A stretch of DNA of 62,983 nucleotides, counting the filler. It is 10 parts of 10 records of this genome, joined end to end, with 100 filler letters (N's around TTAATTAATTAA, not from the genome) between each part and the next. Parts side by side here need not be neighbours in the genome. Positions count along the whole stretch, not along the records: positions 10,438 to 14,281 come from SRR15195285_265; positions 14,382 to 18,088 come from SRR15195285_268; positions 18,189 to 21,603 come from SRR15195285_273; positions 21,704 to 40,046 come from SRR15195285_276; 6 more parts are not named here. One strand, 5' to 3'. Positions 10,660 to 22,093 of the stretch are shown here, piece after piece (position 1 is the first letter of the stretch; the number at the start of each line of letters is the position of its first letter). The notes under the pieces are model-generated. The model saw nothing but the letters and a program-made list of their open reading frames with translations. It ran no database searches and had not been told where the DNA came from. The position numbers and the translations under genes are program-made.

Positions 10660-13600
10660 TCACATTACGCCTATCGCTGTCGCCGCTTCAGACATCTGTT
10701 TCAAAGAACGCTCGAACTTTTTGCGCCACTTGCCTGCTTTCTTAGGTTTCATGCCCACATTGGTTAAGAAATTTTCCAAGACCTCTCCAGCCAGCTCCCA
10801 GGCTTCAGACGCATCCTCCAGGCTGAGGCCGTGTATTTGCTCGAACGATTGGCGCTTTTTCAACACCGGCTCGAGCGCTGGGGGGTATTCTCCGGGATTT
10901 TCTTTGCAGTACTTCTTCGATTTGAGTGAAACCCTATTGACCTTGTAGATTCGCACCATCATGTTCTCGGAAGTGTACGCCTCTTCATAGTACCTGCAGT
11001 CGTGAGCCGTTGAAGCAGTGCGGATTCTCAGATTACAGCTGGTAGGCGAATTCAACAGACTGCCGAAATCTTAGAGGCGTTGCTGAAAGACTGAGAGTGC
11101 AGTGTATGGGGTGCTAATGCTCACGGCTTCTTCGACTTTTTGTCGACATCCAGTTTCACGGGCTCGCCGTCAGCTTTACCCAACTGGACGTCGAGGCGAT
11201 GATTGATAATTGTATACAGCAATGATTCGCGCATCTTTTTTGAGGGGCGGCCATAGTGGTCTTGACCCCAATCAGCTGGGTTGATGTCTTTGTATACAGA
11301 TCCACCGATTCGTGCCATGTGAGGACTTTTCGCAATATCGTCACCCATCATACCGGCGTGAGAAGTACTCCAGGCGAGCACGTAGTCAGCCATGTGCCGA
11401 ACGATCTTATGGGACTCAGACTGGGTCGACGTGAGGCATTTGCCAAGCAGGGCGATGTGCTCATGGTTCCAAGTATTGCCGTCCGCGATTGTTGTCCTGT
11501 TACCGACGCCTGTGATTTGATAGCCATAGTCCCACCATGCCATGACACGAGCGTCTTCCGGAGTGTTGTCACGAAGCCACCAGTATGCCTCGCGGAAGTC
11601 ATCAATTATCATCTCACTGCCGTCGCGGTTCCGTCCACGCATCATAATCTGTGGCTCTGACATCTGAGGCGCCATCATCTGGCATGTATCCCAGTACTCT
11701 AGCCCCCCTGGGAGCTTGTCGGGGAACCATGCTTTCTTGAATGGCTTGCCATAACCTGTGTTGTTGATCGCAAGGTTCATGCTCTTGACAACCTTACGGA
11801 CAGACTTCATCCCCTGCTTCTGGTGAACTTCATCCAGGCAGCTCAAGACCATGCCGCCAACCAGCACGACGGCGATGATCATGCGCACCAGGCGCACAAT
11901 TTTGAAGTTGTAGATGTACTTGAGCAATCCGTATAGTTTTAGCGGCACGAACGCGACAACAGTCTTTACCTTACTCCACAAACCATCCTCTTTCTCCGCA
12001 GACGGTGCCCCTTCAGCATCGGACTCAGCTAAGAAAATATCAGGCACCCACTGCGAGAGGGCCCAGTCGACCGTCATGCCGATCAACGCTCCCATACATA
12101 TGGACGCGCCAAGCGAGAGCACGAGCACAAGCCGAATCATCTTACGGGTGAAATACATTGCGACTGCCGACTGGAGCAACACAAAGATCTTTGCGTTCGT
12201 GCGTGATGACATCATCAGTGGTATGATTCCAAACATTGCGTAGTGGTGTATCACAGGGAAATACTGCTGGAAGACCGAAGGAGGAGTAGCCTGGTGTTCT
12301 GCAACCGAGTCGACCAGAGGATTCCCTGTCTGAGTGTGTGCTACAAATAGGCCGCGGATTCGCGCAGACAGCGGCCCAATGTATCCATCGGGAATGTTCT
12401 TAAGAGCCACGGCGAAGAGTGCCACGGCCACAGTAACTACAAACGCGTAGTACTGGAAAAGCTTGAACCCTCGCAACGCAAACACTTTCCGCCCAATATT
12501 CAACGCCTCGCACAGCTGCAGCCCAACGAATACAAGCAAGGCTGCCACTTGTTCCAGCGACTGGAACGGCTGCCACCCCACAATCGGGATCTGCACCGCA
12601 CCATACGTGCCAATGATGAAAAAAAGCGAGTAGGATCGGTGCAGATTTGCATCATAACGACCAAGCAGTACGAGTACGGCAGCATGTGCGGCAATGACGT
12701 TCAGCACAAAAATGTAACCGCCCCAGGTCGCCACCATGTAAAAGTACGCCAAACCAGTAAGCGGACCAAACACTTTCCAAGAGCCGTCGTCGCGCAGACT
12801 CCTGCACCAGAGCCAGAAGGTCAAAACAATTGCTGACACTGCAATGGACTCGTTGTCGTATCCACCAGCGACAGAGCGCATTAGATGGGCTGGCATGATG
12901 GCCATAACCGCAGCAGAAGCCACACCAGCATTGCGCGATTTCGTTGCTTCGGTGGCAAGGGCGGCCGTGAGGACGCAGGCAACAGCTCCGAAGGCAGCCG
13001 GCAGCAGCACGCACACATCGTTGAGGAGCACCCCGTCGAAACCATTCGGAATGCCCACTGCACTGGTCAGCGAGGCCATAACTGGTCCATCCAGCGCTTT
13101 CATGGTCTCATGAATCGCCACAGCGGTGACTTGCATTCCTGGGTAGATCGTCGCGCCCACGGGGCGGCCGATCGGGTACCAAGACATGTAGTCGTACCAG
13201 GTACTGAACTTGGACCAGCCGTGCTCCGAAAGATACTCGGTTGCGCGGTAGTTGAACCAGGGGTCAAACTCGTGAATCACGCGGCCGTAGTTTTTGACGG
13301 CGTGGAGTCGGATGTCGACAGCTGCGTAGCATATCGCCGCCATGGCGGCCAGCTGGATGAGCAACATCGCGGCCGAACCAAGGAAGCGTCCCACTTTTAC
13401 CACCACGTGCGGCTCCACGCGCCCACTGAACTGCACCGCGACGCGCTCAGCAAGGATGGGCTTGATCAGCGTTTTGATCACCTCCGTGTGCTTGTCATGC
13501 TTGGCGTAAGCTTGATAGTCGAGATCGGAGTCGAAATCGCCAACAATCGCGATGTCAAACTTTGCGGGGTCGACACCAGCGTCGGGGCCAACACGGTAAG

Positions 13601-14045
13601 CCCGAATCTGTGAAATCTCGTTAGGCAGCGCAGACAGCCCGTCAATAATCGCCTGGCGCTGCTCCGCAGTGGCAGTCGCCTTGAGCTTCAGTAGCACACA
13701 GTGCGTCAGCGCCGGCGGCGCAGCACGGGCGGGAAGCTTCGCAGCGTCGTTCGGTGTGAACTGCACGGCCGCCCGCTTCGCGAGCACTGGCTTGATTTGC
13801 TCCGCGATCACGCCGAGGTGCGCCGGGTGCTTCGCGTACGCGCTGTACGCTTCCTTCGAGTCGAACTCACCCACGATGCCGATGTGGCAGCCGCTGGGAT
13901 CCAGCCCCAGGTCCACGCCCGCCCGGTACGTCCGGATCTCTGGGATCTGCTCCGGCAGCGCCCGCAGCGCCGCCACAATGGCGTCCTTCTGCTCCGCCGT
14001 CGTGCTCTCTTGCAGCTTCAGCACCACCACGTGCGTGAACGCCAT
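10660..14045 (-). CDS. STT3: Oligosaccharyltransferase catalytic subunit STT3 with two N-terminal Dabb (stress-responsive alpha/beta barrel) domains
   Basis: IHEFDPWFNYR, GGYDNE, SVAEHQ, WWDYGYQI, DGNTWN and DIAK. Intron 10994-11124 gives KKP|YYEEAYTSENMMVRIYKV. Likely start is ATG 14045 (MAFTHVVVLK). The 3' end may have a further exon. Confidence 0.95.
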
Positions 14046-14281
14046 CGCCGCCGCCAGCACCAGCACCGCCAGCACCGCACGACCAGCACGAGCAGCCCCC
14101 GAGAGGGACGGCGGGACTGGCCAGCTCTTCGATGAGCACCGCGGTACCGCCCACCCGCCGAACCGCCGCCGAGCACCCACGATCCAGCACCGCGAGTCTC
14201 CCTGTCGACTTCGAGGCGAAGCCGTTGTGTGATAGTGTGAATTATGTATTCACTTCATCTGTTCAGTTCAGTCCGTCTTCT

Positions 14282-14381
14282 NNNNNNNNNNNNNNNNNNN
14301 NNNNNNNNNNNNNNNNNNNNNNNNNTTAATTAATTAANNNNNNNNNNNNNNNNNNNNNNNNNNNNNNNNNNNNNNNNNNNN
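14282..14381. other. Artificial contig spacer
   Basis: N44-TTAATTAATTAA-N44. Confidence 0.99.
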
Positions 14382-14430
14382 TCCGCACCCCCATACTATT
14401 GACTGGGGCGAAAAGAGCGGAGTTGTTGAG

Positions 14431-16188
14431 ATGGCGAGTGTGGAGGAGGCGGTGGAGACGGAGGTGTCGGTGGCGAGTGCGATCGAGCGGCAGATTGCGA
14501 CGGTGGCGAATGAGGCGAAGAACATGCAGAAGTGGTTCGACCTGGAGCCAGCGACGAGGGACGGGACGGCGCAGCGCAGCCCGCCCGGCGGACCGACGTA
14601 CCTATACTCTAGAGACTACGCCGACACCTATCGCTAGCTCTCTTTGTGTGTGGGGGGGGTGTGTGTGGGGGGTGTTGTTTTGCATTGGGATGCTGGACTG
14701 TTTGGACTGCTGCTCAGCGTGAAGATGCCTCGGGGCAGGTATGAGTCGCTGGGACTGCGCCCGCTCATCAACTGCAAGGGGACGTACGTATACCCCCTGG
14801 GCTCAACTTCTCTCGCTTGAGCCCTGTAAATCCATAAGGCCAGAGCGCACAGCTCGCGTCTCTCTCAGAAAGGCCCGCGCGCCACTGGTCGCTTTGGTGG
14901 ACTTCTGCGCCGACTGCCAGCTGAAGGGTTGGTCGTTCACCGGAGCAGGTACACGATCATCTCTGGCTCGCTGATGCTGCCCGAGGTTCGAGAAGCGATG
15001 GTCAAGGCGTCGCAGCAGTACGTGCAGATGGAGGAGCTGCAGTTCGCCGCAGGGCAGCGCATCAGTCACTTGATGCAGGCTGAGTGGGCGCTCGTCACAT
15101 GCGGCTGCTCGGCCGCGCTGCTGCAGCTGACGGCGGCCTGCATGTCTGGCACCGACCCCGAGCTCATGTGCCTGCTGCCTGACACGTCCCACCCAGCCAT
15201 CAAGAACGAGGTCCTGGTCCAGCGCGACCAGCGCGATGACTACGACGCAGCCGTGCGCATGACCGGCGCCAAGATCATCGAGTACAGCTCGCTCCGTGAG
15301 CTCGAAGCCAAGATCGGCCCGAAGACGGCACTGCTCCTGGCACTCGGTGACGCCGACTCCGGCGGACTCGGCATCGGCGCAACCCACGAGGAGATCACGC
15401 CCGCGCAGCTCGTCGAGGTCGGCCATGCGCACGGCGTTCCTGTGATCGTTGATGCGGCGGCGGAGCGCCCGGATGTCCCAAATCCGTACCTCGCTCAGGG
15501 CGTCGACGCTGTGTGCTACTCCGGAGGCAAGTGTATGCGTGGTCCACAGACAGCAGGCATGACCCTAGGCAAGAAAAGCCTGTTGCAGGCAGCCTATCTC
15601 AACGGGGCGCCGCACCACACACTTGGCCGGCCAGTCAAGGCAGGCAAGGAGGAGATCATGGGGCTGGTGGCTGCTGTCGAGCAGTGGGTGCTCGTTCGTG
15701 ACCACGCGGCTGAATGGGCTGAGTGGGAGCGCCGGCTCGACGTGATCGAGTCCGCTGTGATGGACGCTGTGGCTGATCTCCCGGCGGATGCCGTCACCTC
15801 GCGCCGCACCGTGCAGTCTGAGGTGGGGTCCATGCACATCCATACTTTGTCTGCAGAAACATCACTGAGCGGAGCCTCTGGAGAGGGCGCCCTTGCCGGC
15901 CACGGGCGTGGTCCTCCGAACAAGAGCAATGTGGCGCCGTTGCTGAGTCTGGAATGGGAGGGTGGTCCCGGCCTAGCTCGATCTGTGCCCACTCCGCCTG
16001 AGATTGTCGCGGCGTGTACAGAAGGTACACCCAGGATTGAAATTGTCCCACTGGAACCCGGCGTTGAGGGAGGAGTCGGAGGCATCCGCATCTGCCCCTC
16101 CATGATGCAGCCAGGGGACGACGAGAAGGTCGCCAAGAGACTGGCGGCACTCCTGGCTCCCGCGACGCCCACCACGGCCAAGCTCTGA
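14431..16188 (+). CDS. SelA/DgaE-family PLP-dependent enzyme, 3 exons (14431-14597, 14718-14783, 14949-16188), C-terminal AKL
   Basis: Spliced YESLGLRPLINCKGTYTIISGS, VTCGCSAAL, VIVDAAAE, PLP-lysine motif YSGGKCMRGPQ, and GRPVKAGKEEIMGL. Confidence 0.85.
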
Positions 16189-16683
16189 TATGTCCATTTC
16201 CCATGCGAAGCCGCGCGTGCATTGCGGTATGGCAGTAGCGATTCTAGCAGTTGCAGCTGGGCAGGCGATCGGTCTGTGATTATGTGCCTGCCAATGCTGT
16301 TACGCACGTGAGTATATTGATTAAAATTGTGTGCGTCTTGGCAGCCGAGTTTCGTATTCGCACCCAGGTGACAGGCTCGATGAATTATCTGTTGGTATCT
16401 TAAGACTTGCCCTCGTCGCTGCACGTGGTGTCTTACTTGCCGCGAAGTTGCAATCGCGCCACGGGGTGGCCAATCTGCTCGGCGGGTTCCGGCTGTCAGC
16501 TGCCCTTGGTGCTCGACATGCCTTGCGTGCGCCTCGCCTGAAGCTATGATAGACGATAGGCCAGCATGTGGAACAGCGGACGTGCCAGAAGCGTCACCGA
16601 CATGGTAACGTGCCAGCTTCCACTCCACGGCCTTGTGAACTTCGTACTCCGTCTGGAGCTTGTGTTCTGATGCCTAGCTCGCT

Positions 16684-17428
16684 CTACGGGCGGGCGTACC
16701 CGGTACTCCGACCGACTACTCCGATTGTGGCAGGCTTATACACACCCTTGCGTCGAGCAGATTTTGGCTTAGGTGCCATCCCTCCTGGCAAAGGTGGTGA
16801 CTCACGCGGATACATGCACATGCGCCATGGCACGAGTGTCCGCAGACACCACTCCACGTTATACAAACTCTCCCGCATCGTTGTGTAGTAGTCGTCTTCG
16901 TGGAGGTAAACAGTTTCCTTCAGTTTGTCGAGCAACTCCTGCCAGCGATGCTGCATGATTTGGGAGCCCGCAGTCTTCTCCAGTTCAGCATCACCCGAAC
17001 CCAGAAGCTGCAAGCTCCTCCGCACGGTCGGCAACTCTCCTTCCTCCAGCTCCTCTGCCAAGAAGCGGCGTGCAGCCTCAGCGGCCTCAGGGAGCGTGCT
17101 AAGTCTCCGGTAGTCAACCTCTGGCGCCACAGGCGGTGGCGGCGTTGCAACGCGCGCATTTCTTGCGGATGCTCTGCATATGCACGCAAGCGAGATGTGA
17201 TCTAGTCAGCTGCAGGCGAGCCCAGCTAGATCATTCTCGAGTGCAGTGCAGGTGACGAACCGGAGCATGGTTGGCTACATGATTGTGCATCGCATTGCAC
17301 GCGCCGGCGGCCACGCACCGAGATTGAAGAATGCTGCCAGCGAAGGGCCGCTTCGCGCCCGCGCACTGCACAGACAGCGCCAGCAGCCCTAGCACCACCC
17401 ACAGCTTCGCGCTTGCCCCGCCCCGCAT
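16684..17428 (-). CDS. Hypothetical protein with signal peptide; exon 1 17428-17319, exon 2 from 17173; 3' end uncertain
   Basis: Hydrophobic N-terminus MRGGASAKLWVVLGLLALSVQCAGA. A GTGCGT donor, CTGAC branch and CAG acceptor join it in frame to ORF 16684-17130. Confidence 0.5.
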
Positions 17429-18088
17429 CCACTTCCCACCACAGTGTATGTATCCAAGCGGTATACACGGCGCTATATGGCGGATCGAGCGGATCTTCCG
17501 TCAGTGCAAAGTGAACAGTGAACACCGCCTGCACTGCAGATATCCAAGCCGCCGTATATCGAGTAGCTATGCGACGCTGTCTAGCGTCGAGAGTGTCGCG
17601 GCGCTCTGCCGTGTGCCGATTTTGGGCAGTGAACGCCCGCCCGACGCCAACCGCCAAGCGCAGCCCTTAGAGATGTGCAACGAACCCCACTGCAAGACGT
17701 GTGGGTGCGCAGATGCCGCGCGGCCGGCGGATGGCGATTCAACACATGCTCTAATTCGACTAATGCACACCATGATGCACACCCGGGGACACTGCGCTGA
17801 TGGCGTGTCCGGGTGCACTTGAATCGGTCGCGGACCGAATTTCCCCTACCAGCGAGAGGAATCCTACAGTATAGTGCGGCACGTTGGTCGAGAATCGATG
17901 GGGAATGAACTGGTGTACACACGTACCAGTACAGTACCGTAGTAGATCTACACGGAGTCGGCGGCGGACTGCTCACGAATGTGTGAACCCGGGTCGAGTT
18001 CACGAATTGTCACCCTACAGTGGGACGACGAGTCAACGAGTCTCCGCAATGTTTGTTGCTTCGAAACAGGGGTGATTCTGATTGGCGA

Positions 18089-18188
18089 NNNNNNNNNNNN
18101 NNNNNNNNNNNNNNNNNNNNNNNNNNNNNNNNTTAATTAATTAANNNNNNNNNNNNNNNNNNNNNNNNNNNNNNNNNNNNNNNNNNNN
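18089..18188. other. Artificial contig spacer
   Basis: N44-TTAATTAATTAA-N44. Confidence 0.99.
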
Positions 18189-18388
18189 ATTTCAACCTGG
18201 GTACATGCATTCGAATACCGGATCGGTCCATCGCGCGGATCGTTGCTGGGGCGCTCTGCATGCACTGCATGGCCGCCGGCGCCCGCCGCGCCGGCGGGTC
18301 CTCCCGGTCCTGTGCGTCGTCGACGACGTCCGTCCGTCTCGGCGTGTGCCGCGGGGCGCGTAATAGAGGCGGCGGCACCGACGCGGCC

Positions 18389-21059
18389 ATGACGACGCCA
18401 GCGCTGCTGCTCCTCGCCGCAAGGCTAAACACTGTCGGCTCACTCGCCACACCGTCCGCGTCTCGTCACACACCTGTGGAGCAGGCGAGAGATGATGGCG
18501 GCCTCTCGGCGAGCCGCGCGCTACCATCGATCTTGTTTGTAATGGGAGACGATGCCGGCTGGAATGACTTCGGCTTTACACGTGGCTTGCTGGCTCCGGA
18601 GAGCGAGCTGACGGGACCGCAGGCCAAGACTCCCCATCTCGACGCGCTTGCGCACGCAGGCGTGCGGCTGAAGCGTGCTTATGCATACCGGTACTGTTCT
18701 CCCTCGCGCGGTAGCTTTTTGAGTGGCCGGCTACCTTTTCATGCTCACGAAGCCAATCCTGGAATCACGGTTCACGGGTGTCTCAATCTAAACTACACCC
18801 TCTTGCCGGCAAAGCTAAAAGAAGCAGGTTATATTAGTCACCAGGTTGGCAAGTGAGTGTGATCTGCGGGTCAGCTTGGTTGACTATATGCGCGTGTAGG
18901 CTGATTTTCTCTGCGCCCGCTGCTGCATCGGCTCCAGGTGGCACGAGGGCATGGAGTCGATGGCATGCGTGCCCGTGCACCGCGGTTTCAATTCCTCGCT
19001 TGGGTACCTCTCTGGTGCTGAAGATCATGTCGACCAATCCGTGGCAGCGTCGACATGTCATGGCACTGGCCGCGAATGCACGGACAATGCCACTGGCGGC
19101 GGATGCATCGACATGTGGCGAGATGACCGCCCTGCCCACGGAGAGAACGGCACGTACAACGACTACGTGTTTACAGCAGAGGCAGAGAGGATCATTGCTG
19201 CACACCCGAAATCTAAGCCGCTGTTCATTTATCAAGCCTTCCAAAATGTCCACGGTCCGTACGAGGTGCCGCAGAAATATCGCGACCTCTTCCCACCGGA
19301 CGAGTCTTGCTCGGTGCCAGGTGGCTCGCATGACTGCTGCACGTGGACAGAGCGCTCTCTACATGACTGCAAGGTTTCTTCGAAGGAAGGCGTGTGCAAA
19401 TGCCCGAACGATCAGCTCTCTTTTCAGCCCCCATCGGGCTTCCACTGCCCACCGGTGAGCGTGAGCGTTCGTTTCGCTGGCGGGGCGATAGAGCACAGCC
19501 ATACTAGCATCTGCATCCGCTTCTGCAGCGCGTCTCACAGTTTGCTTCTCGCGACCTCTTCTCGTGAAATCAGACAGACAGTAGTGCCGTGCTCGTCAAT
19601 ACTTAATCTCTCACTCTTCTGTGTGTTCGGATGTTACGTGAACAGGGTGGCCAGTGCACACGAAACTATATGCTCGCGATGCTGGCAGCGCTGGACGACT
19701 CAGTAGGTCGGGTAGTGGCCGCATGGAAGGCTGCAGGCCTGTACGACAACTCTGTCATCGTGTTCCAGTCTGATAAGTGAGTCTAAGCCTTAATGCAGGC
19801 AGATTTGTTAGAGGATGGAGGCAAAGTAGGATCCATAAGTTATTGTCACCTCGTTCGTGCTTTCACTCTGATCCTCTGGAATAATGTTGCGCACGCCTGG
19901 AAACGCAGTGGCGGTGCTGTCGCAGACGGGACGGGCCCACCGGCACCCGCGCCCCCTGGCAGCGGCATGGGCCAGCAAGGCAGCATGAACAATTATCCAA
20001 TGCGTGGAGGCAAGGGAGGGTATTTCGAGGGTGGCATCAGTACGTGACCACGCGTACTGTCTCAGTGCGTATGGTGCAGATACACAATAGTACTTGGTGG
20101 TGTGGCCACTCAGGAGTTTGCTCAGGAGTGCCTGTGGTGCAGGAGTCGCTAGCTTTGTGCACTCCCCTCTCTTACCGGAATCGGTGGTTGGCACGACTCT
20201 GGACGCCATCATCTCCGTCGCTGATTGGTGGGCGACATTCGTGACGCTAGCGGGTCTAGAGCCGGTCGACAGAGGTTTCGTGCCGGATTCGAAATTTGCC
20301 CTCCCTGCGCCGTGGGGATGCTACGAACACGGGAAATGCACGTTCGAATTGGTATGATGATCGCGTTCTTGAAGGTTGTGCTGCTGTTCCGCCATGCGCG
20401 GTATCGTTCAGCTGTAGTGATGGTCTGTACGGCTATGCAACGCATGCAGGATTCAATCGACATGTGGCCTCTGCTTATTGGCGCGAACAAGACGGCGCCA
20501 CGCACGGAGCTTATGGTCGGCATCATGGCGGGCGGCGCCCTGATTGTTGAGAATCTCAAGTACATCGAGGGCAAGCAAGGACCAGACTGGTGGTACGGTC
20601 CTCACTCGCCCAACTGCACAAGCGACACGTAAGCAATTCTCCCCCCTGTTGCTATCCTGCTAGACTCGTTGTTTGATTGCGGTATACGGGGATGGGAGAG
20701 CCACGCCGTTGGGTCAGTTGCTGACTGCCGACGCTGTCGGTTTCCTTGTGTGCCTATTCGAATACCATCTTCTTTGCAGGGGCACGCATCTGTTCAACTG
20801 TGAAGACGGATGCTTGTTCGATCTCGACCAAGACTGGACCGAGCACGTCAATCTGAAGGCTGATCAGCCGGCGGACTTCAAGCGTTTGCAGGCGCGTTTT
20901 GCGGAGCTGAAGCAGTCGGTGCACCCTGCGGATGATGGCGTGGTTCGAGAGGGCGGCTTCGAGTGGGCGCCGCCAGCAAAAACTGCTGCATGTACGCAGA
21001 TGTGGGCGAACGGTGGGTTCTGGGGCCCTAGCTCGACACCCTCCGGTGCAGGAGAATGA
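18389..21059 (+). CDS. Arylsulfatase B-like S1 sulfatase, multi-exon
   Basis: ILFVMGDDAGWND, TPHLDALA, formylglycine motif CSPSRGSFLSGR, GK|WHEG, HRGF, PLFIYQAFQNVHGP, FQSDN|GG, NYPMRGGK...EGG, DWWATF and CLFDL..D..EH.NL. Several GT-AG introns. Confidence 0.92.
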
Positions 21060-21603
21060 AGGGTGGCGTCGCAGCAGAGTGTTCTAGTGTCTAAGCGCGT
21101 CATCATAGTCGCTGGTAGCGAGATACTGTTGTACCGCAGAAGCTTTGTCTTGAACGCTACCACAAAAACAGTCAGACAAACACACTGACGCAGTCGTTGC
21201 TACCTTGACGCTCAAAAGCGGCCGTCCACCAAAACCAGCGATACAGCTTACATTCAACAGCATGGCGGGCAAGAGCCTTCAGTCCGTCGTTTCCAGCTCG
21301 TTTTCGATGATCCTGCTCATCTGGCCATGTTGAGACAGCCTGAGGTGCCGGATTCCGCGCGTTTTGAGGCGATGGAGGAGCTCCTATGCAAGCAAGCGCT
21401 TGCTGCACGTACGCGACACACAGTTTCCCCAGCTAGACCATAGCTGATGGCAGCTAGTCAAGCTGTCTGAGCGGTGTCAAGAGTTACCTGTCCTTCGCTT
21501 CCAAGCTCGTCCACGATAATTCAGACACCAGGCTGACGGCTGACTCAAACCACACGCAAACCGGCCACCGCTCGAGTGACTTAGGCACGCTTTGCGCATG
21601 CAC

Positions 21604-21703
21604 NNNNNNNNNNNNNNNNNNNNNNNNNNNNNNNNNNNNNNNNNNNNTTAATTAATTAANNNNNNNNNNNNNNNNNNNNNNNNNNNNNNNNNNNNNNNNN
21701 NNN
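21604..21703. other. Artificial contig spacer
   Basis: N44-TTAATTAATTAA-N44. Confidence 0.99.
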
Positions 21704-21919
21704 CTGTGGATTGAACCCTGAGCCAGCCTGTGAGGGAGTGGTCGCCCCGTTCTTGCCCCCCAGCATACAATTGACTGCGGGAGGGACAGCGCTGAGCTGA
21801 GCTGAGGTGGGGGCCGGGTGGGGGGGTTGCGGAGGAGAGTGTTCGCGTCACCCACCGTCAGACGGTGGAGAGGGGCATAGGCACACCTTCCGGCTCCGCT
21901 AGCTCTGCTTGCCTTGTGC

Positions 21920-22012
21920 ACCCCCCCCCCCCTCACACACCCCCTACCCACCCCACCACCACCACCGCCGCCGCCGCCACCACCATCACACGCACACACA
22001 CGCACACACACG
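21920..22012. repeat. C/CA-rich low-complexity tract upstream of the giant ORF
   Basis: poly-C, (CCA)n, (CCG)n and (CA)n runs. Confidence 0.7.
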
Positions 22013-22093
22013 CCCGCCTGGTTATAGTAGTCCTGCCCTGGCACAGGCACTTCGCAGGGGCGGCGGCGCGTGCGGACCGGCGGTGTGTGTGCC

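Noticed and set aside
14431-16188. True selenocysteine synthase selA or bacterial contamination
   Set aside because: It lacks a recognisable SelA N-terminal tRNA-binding domain and has spliceosomal introns, so it is called only at family level
21084-21603. Possible 3' exons of a minus-strand gene
   Set aside because: Splice-like signals exist, but I could not establish a convincing frame or domain
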